Assembly (NCBI GenBank): GCA_001179505.1
Contig: CDMY01000499.1
Coordinates: 62,001-126,000, forward strand
DNA: 64,000 nucleotides
DNA from: Vitrella brassicaformis CCMP3155
Lineage: Eukaryota > Protista > Chromerida
Direction of reading: 5' to 3'
The notes beneath the pieces were generated by a model, which saw only the letters and a list, made by a program, of their open reading frames with translations, ran no database searches and was not told where the DNA came from. This document shows positions 61,778-64,000 of the stretch, piece after piece (position 1 is the stretch's first letter; every line of letters starts with the position of its first letter). Made by a program: the position numbers and the translations under genes.

Positions 61778-64000
61778 TTAGCCAGTGGTGATCCTCAAGA
61801 GCGGCACTGGTCGTGGAAGGATGATTGGCTCGGTGCGTACAAGTGTCAGCTTGCCGGTGGCCTTGTCGCGCAAGTAAGTGTTGTTCTGGACGTGGAAGCC
61901 GGTGACGAGCTGCCGGTGGACGACGGGCCGCTCTGCACGTCGAGTGGGCTCGGCAGCGGGCGGTTGGCGCGTGACGATGAGGGGACGGACGCTGCCTGGT
62001 TTGGCGGCCGGGGGCGTATTCCGTGCCAAAGTCGGGGCGACGGCGGTTGTGGGTGCGGGTGCGGGTGCGGGTGTCTGTGTGTGTGGGCCGGGGGCGGCAC
62101 ACAGCTGACGGCCTCCTCGGAAGATGGCGGCGATGGGCCGTGTGGGCCTGTGGGCGGCACTCATGTGAGGCGGCATTGGCGTGGCTGTGGGCACCTTAAG
62201 GTGGTGCGCGGGAGGGGGAGGGGGAGGGAAGTGAGAGGCATGTCCGTGATGGAGTGGCACGGCCAGCGGGTGGGCCATGAGGTGGTGGGCGGGCGGCTGG
62301 TGACTCGGAGGCGCCAGCAAGGCGAGAGCTGGTGGCGGGCTCGGGGTGCCGTGCTGCCGTCTCGTTTCTCCGACCTCAACACGCACATCCGCACTCAAAT
62401 GGTGGCGGTCCTCCTCCGAGTCGAGGTCGGGCCAGTCGTCGTCGTCAGGGCTCAGCTCTAATGCAAACTGATGCAGAGCGTCACGCACCTGCACACAATC
62501 ACACAATCACAATCACACAACGAGACATGGATGCACTGAGTGAAGTGCAGTGCAGTGCAGCGCAGCAGGGGCTGTGTGTGGGTGTGTGTGGCGCATGTAC
62601 TCACTCCGTTGGCAGCGTCTCTCGGGAATGTCGCTGACTCGTCGTGGAACTGCTGGATGAGCTCGACCAGATCGTGGGGCACTGCTGCATCGCTGCAGCA
62701 CCTCAGCAGAGTGCGCGTGGCGCACCACACATCACGGCCCATGTCCAGTACACGCGGACCCTGCCACACACACACACACACACACACACAAAACACAACA
62801 CAACACCATAGTGAATCAGTGCATTGTCTCCATGTATGTGGACGCACTTACATCTTCCTGTGGCGCGACGACCTGCCCCAGTGGCTGTCCGGGTGGGCGG
62901 CCGTGGCGCCCCGCCGCTGGGTCTCTCCTCAGCCTGTCGAGGTCGATGAGGACCGGCTCGTATGCTCCGTCAGCCGACTGGCGCAGACCAATGTTACTCC
63001 CCTGCAGAGACAACCAACCAACCAACCAGCGGACACACAGCACATGACAGCATATGACATCACACGACATCACATCACATGTGTGTGGCTGATATACACA
63101 CATTAACTACATAAGCGCGTCTGTCTGTGTCACACACAGTCTGTGCGTTGCTCTCCGTTGGCTCACTTACGTGTATGTCTCCGTGGACCAGCAAGTCGTC
63201 TTGGAGCTGCCCCAGAGCCGCACACAGGCCGTCGCCGATCTGCTTGAGCGCGAGCATGGCCTCGCGGGGCCGCCGGTGGGACAGGTCGACCTCCTGCAGC
63301 GTCACTGCATCATATCAACGCAGACACACACACAACACGCAGAGAGAGAGAGAGAGAGACGAGGATTGGTTTCGCCATGCACATGCAGGCAAGGGCAACT
63401 GACTTGCCTGCCTGCCTGCCTAACTGGCTCATCCATTCAGTTCATTGGCTGCTTACAGTCGATCCACTCCATGCGATAGGCCGTGAGGCGCTCGCCGTTG
63501 GGGCCGGGGATGTGGTAGACGTCGTGGACGTTGACGATGTTGCGGTGGGACCTGCCGTGTCGGCGGCAGCTGGCCAGCCACAGATCGTTGCCCGTGTGGA
63601 CGTACTCGCCCGCCTGACACAGGACAGCACAAACAGAGAGACAGTGACAGAATCAACGAGGCTGCCCGCATGCGTACCGGCGTGGCGCAGTCGTGGCCTT
63701 CATGCAGTATCTTGACGGCCACTCGACGGCCGCCCTCGTCCGTCATCGCCACGACACTGCCGAACCGACCCACACGCACAGGCTCACGGCCGTCAAGCCG
63801 CAGACTGCACTCCCTCTCCAGCCAACCCTGGTCAGTCAAAAGACGCCGACACACTCAGGGAAGGGTCACTTCCGCATGTGCAGCTAACTGTGAGTGACTC
63901 ACCGTGGCCACGGCTATGTCCCTCTCTCGCAGCTCTTCGGCGGCTTTGGCGTTGGCAGGGGCACCTCTGTCGGCCTGCATGACACCGTAACAGTCCATCA
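61778..64000 (-). CDS. Divergent protein kinase with Pro/His-rich C-terminal tail (5' end may lie outside the window)
   Basis: Spliced motifs VGRFGSV (Gly loop), VAVK, HRNIVNVHDVY, AYRMEWID, LVHGDIH|GSN (catalytic loop), VLIDLD (DFG equivalent) and DVW. Confidence 0.8.

Overview
This is eukaryotic genomic DNA: GC-rich and very intron-dense, with short GT-AG introns full of (GT)n, (CTGT)n and (GGAT)n microsatellites and five fixed 300-N scaffold gaps. The style suggests a chromerid alveolate such as Vitrella brassicaformis (inference). I found no CRISPR array, rRNA or tRNA. Gene models were spliced by eye, so exon boundaries are approximate. Left part (1-25 kb): hypothetical genes, a non-LTR retrotransposon bracketed by a 197-bp direct repeat, a probable plastid-targeted membrane protein, a PTGR1/CurA-type NADPH oxidoreductase, a WASP-like proline-rich/VCA protein and a SERCA Ca2+-ATPase of about 38 exons. 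Middle (26.5-36.7 kb): a decayed mosaic of repeated pseudogene fragments that includes a frameshifted SET8/PR-Set7-like exon and a Copia gag-like relic. Right part (36.8-61.2 kb): five genes share one lineage-specific ankyrin-repeat 'head' exon (six copies) spliced to different tails: RING (two genes), TPR+SET (two genes) and an unknown domain (one gene). A COA3-like gene and an intronless unknown gene lie among them, and a divergent kinase follows. The best candidate for an undescribed system is this modular ANK-head/enzyme-tail cluster. It includes ANK-TPR-SET proteins lacking the zinc-binding cysteines, and a junction where one gene's stop codon is 4 nt from the next gene's ATG and an in-frame splice could also fuse the two genes.
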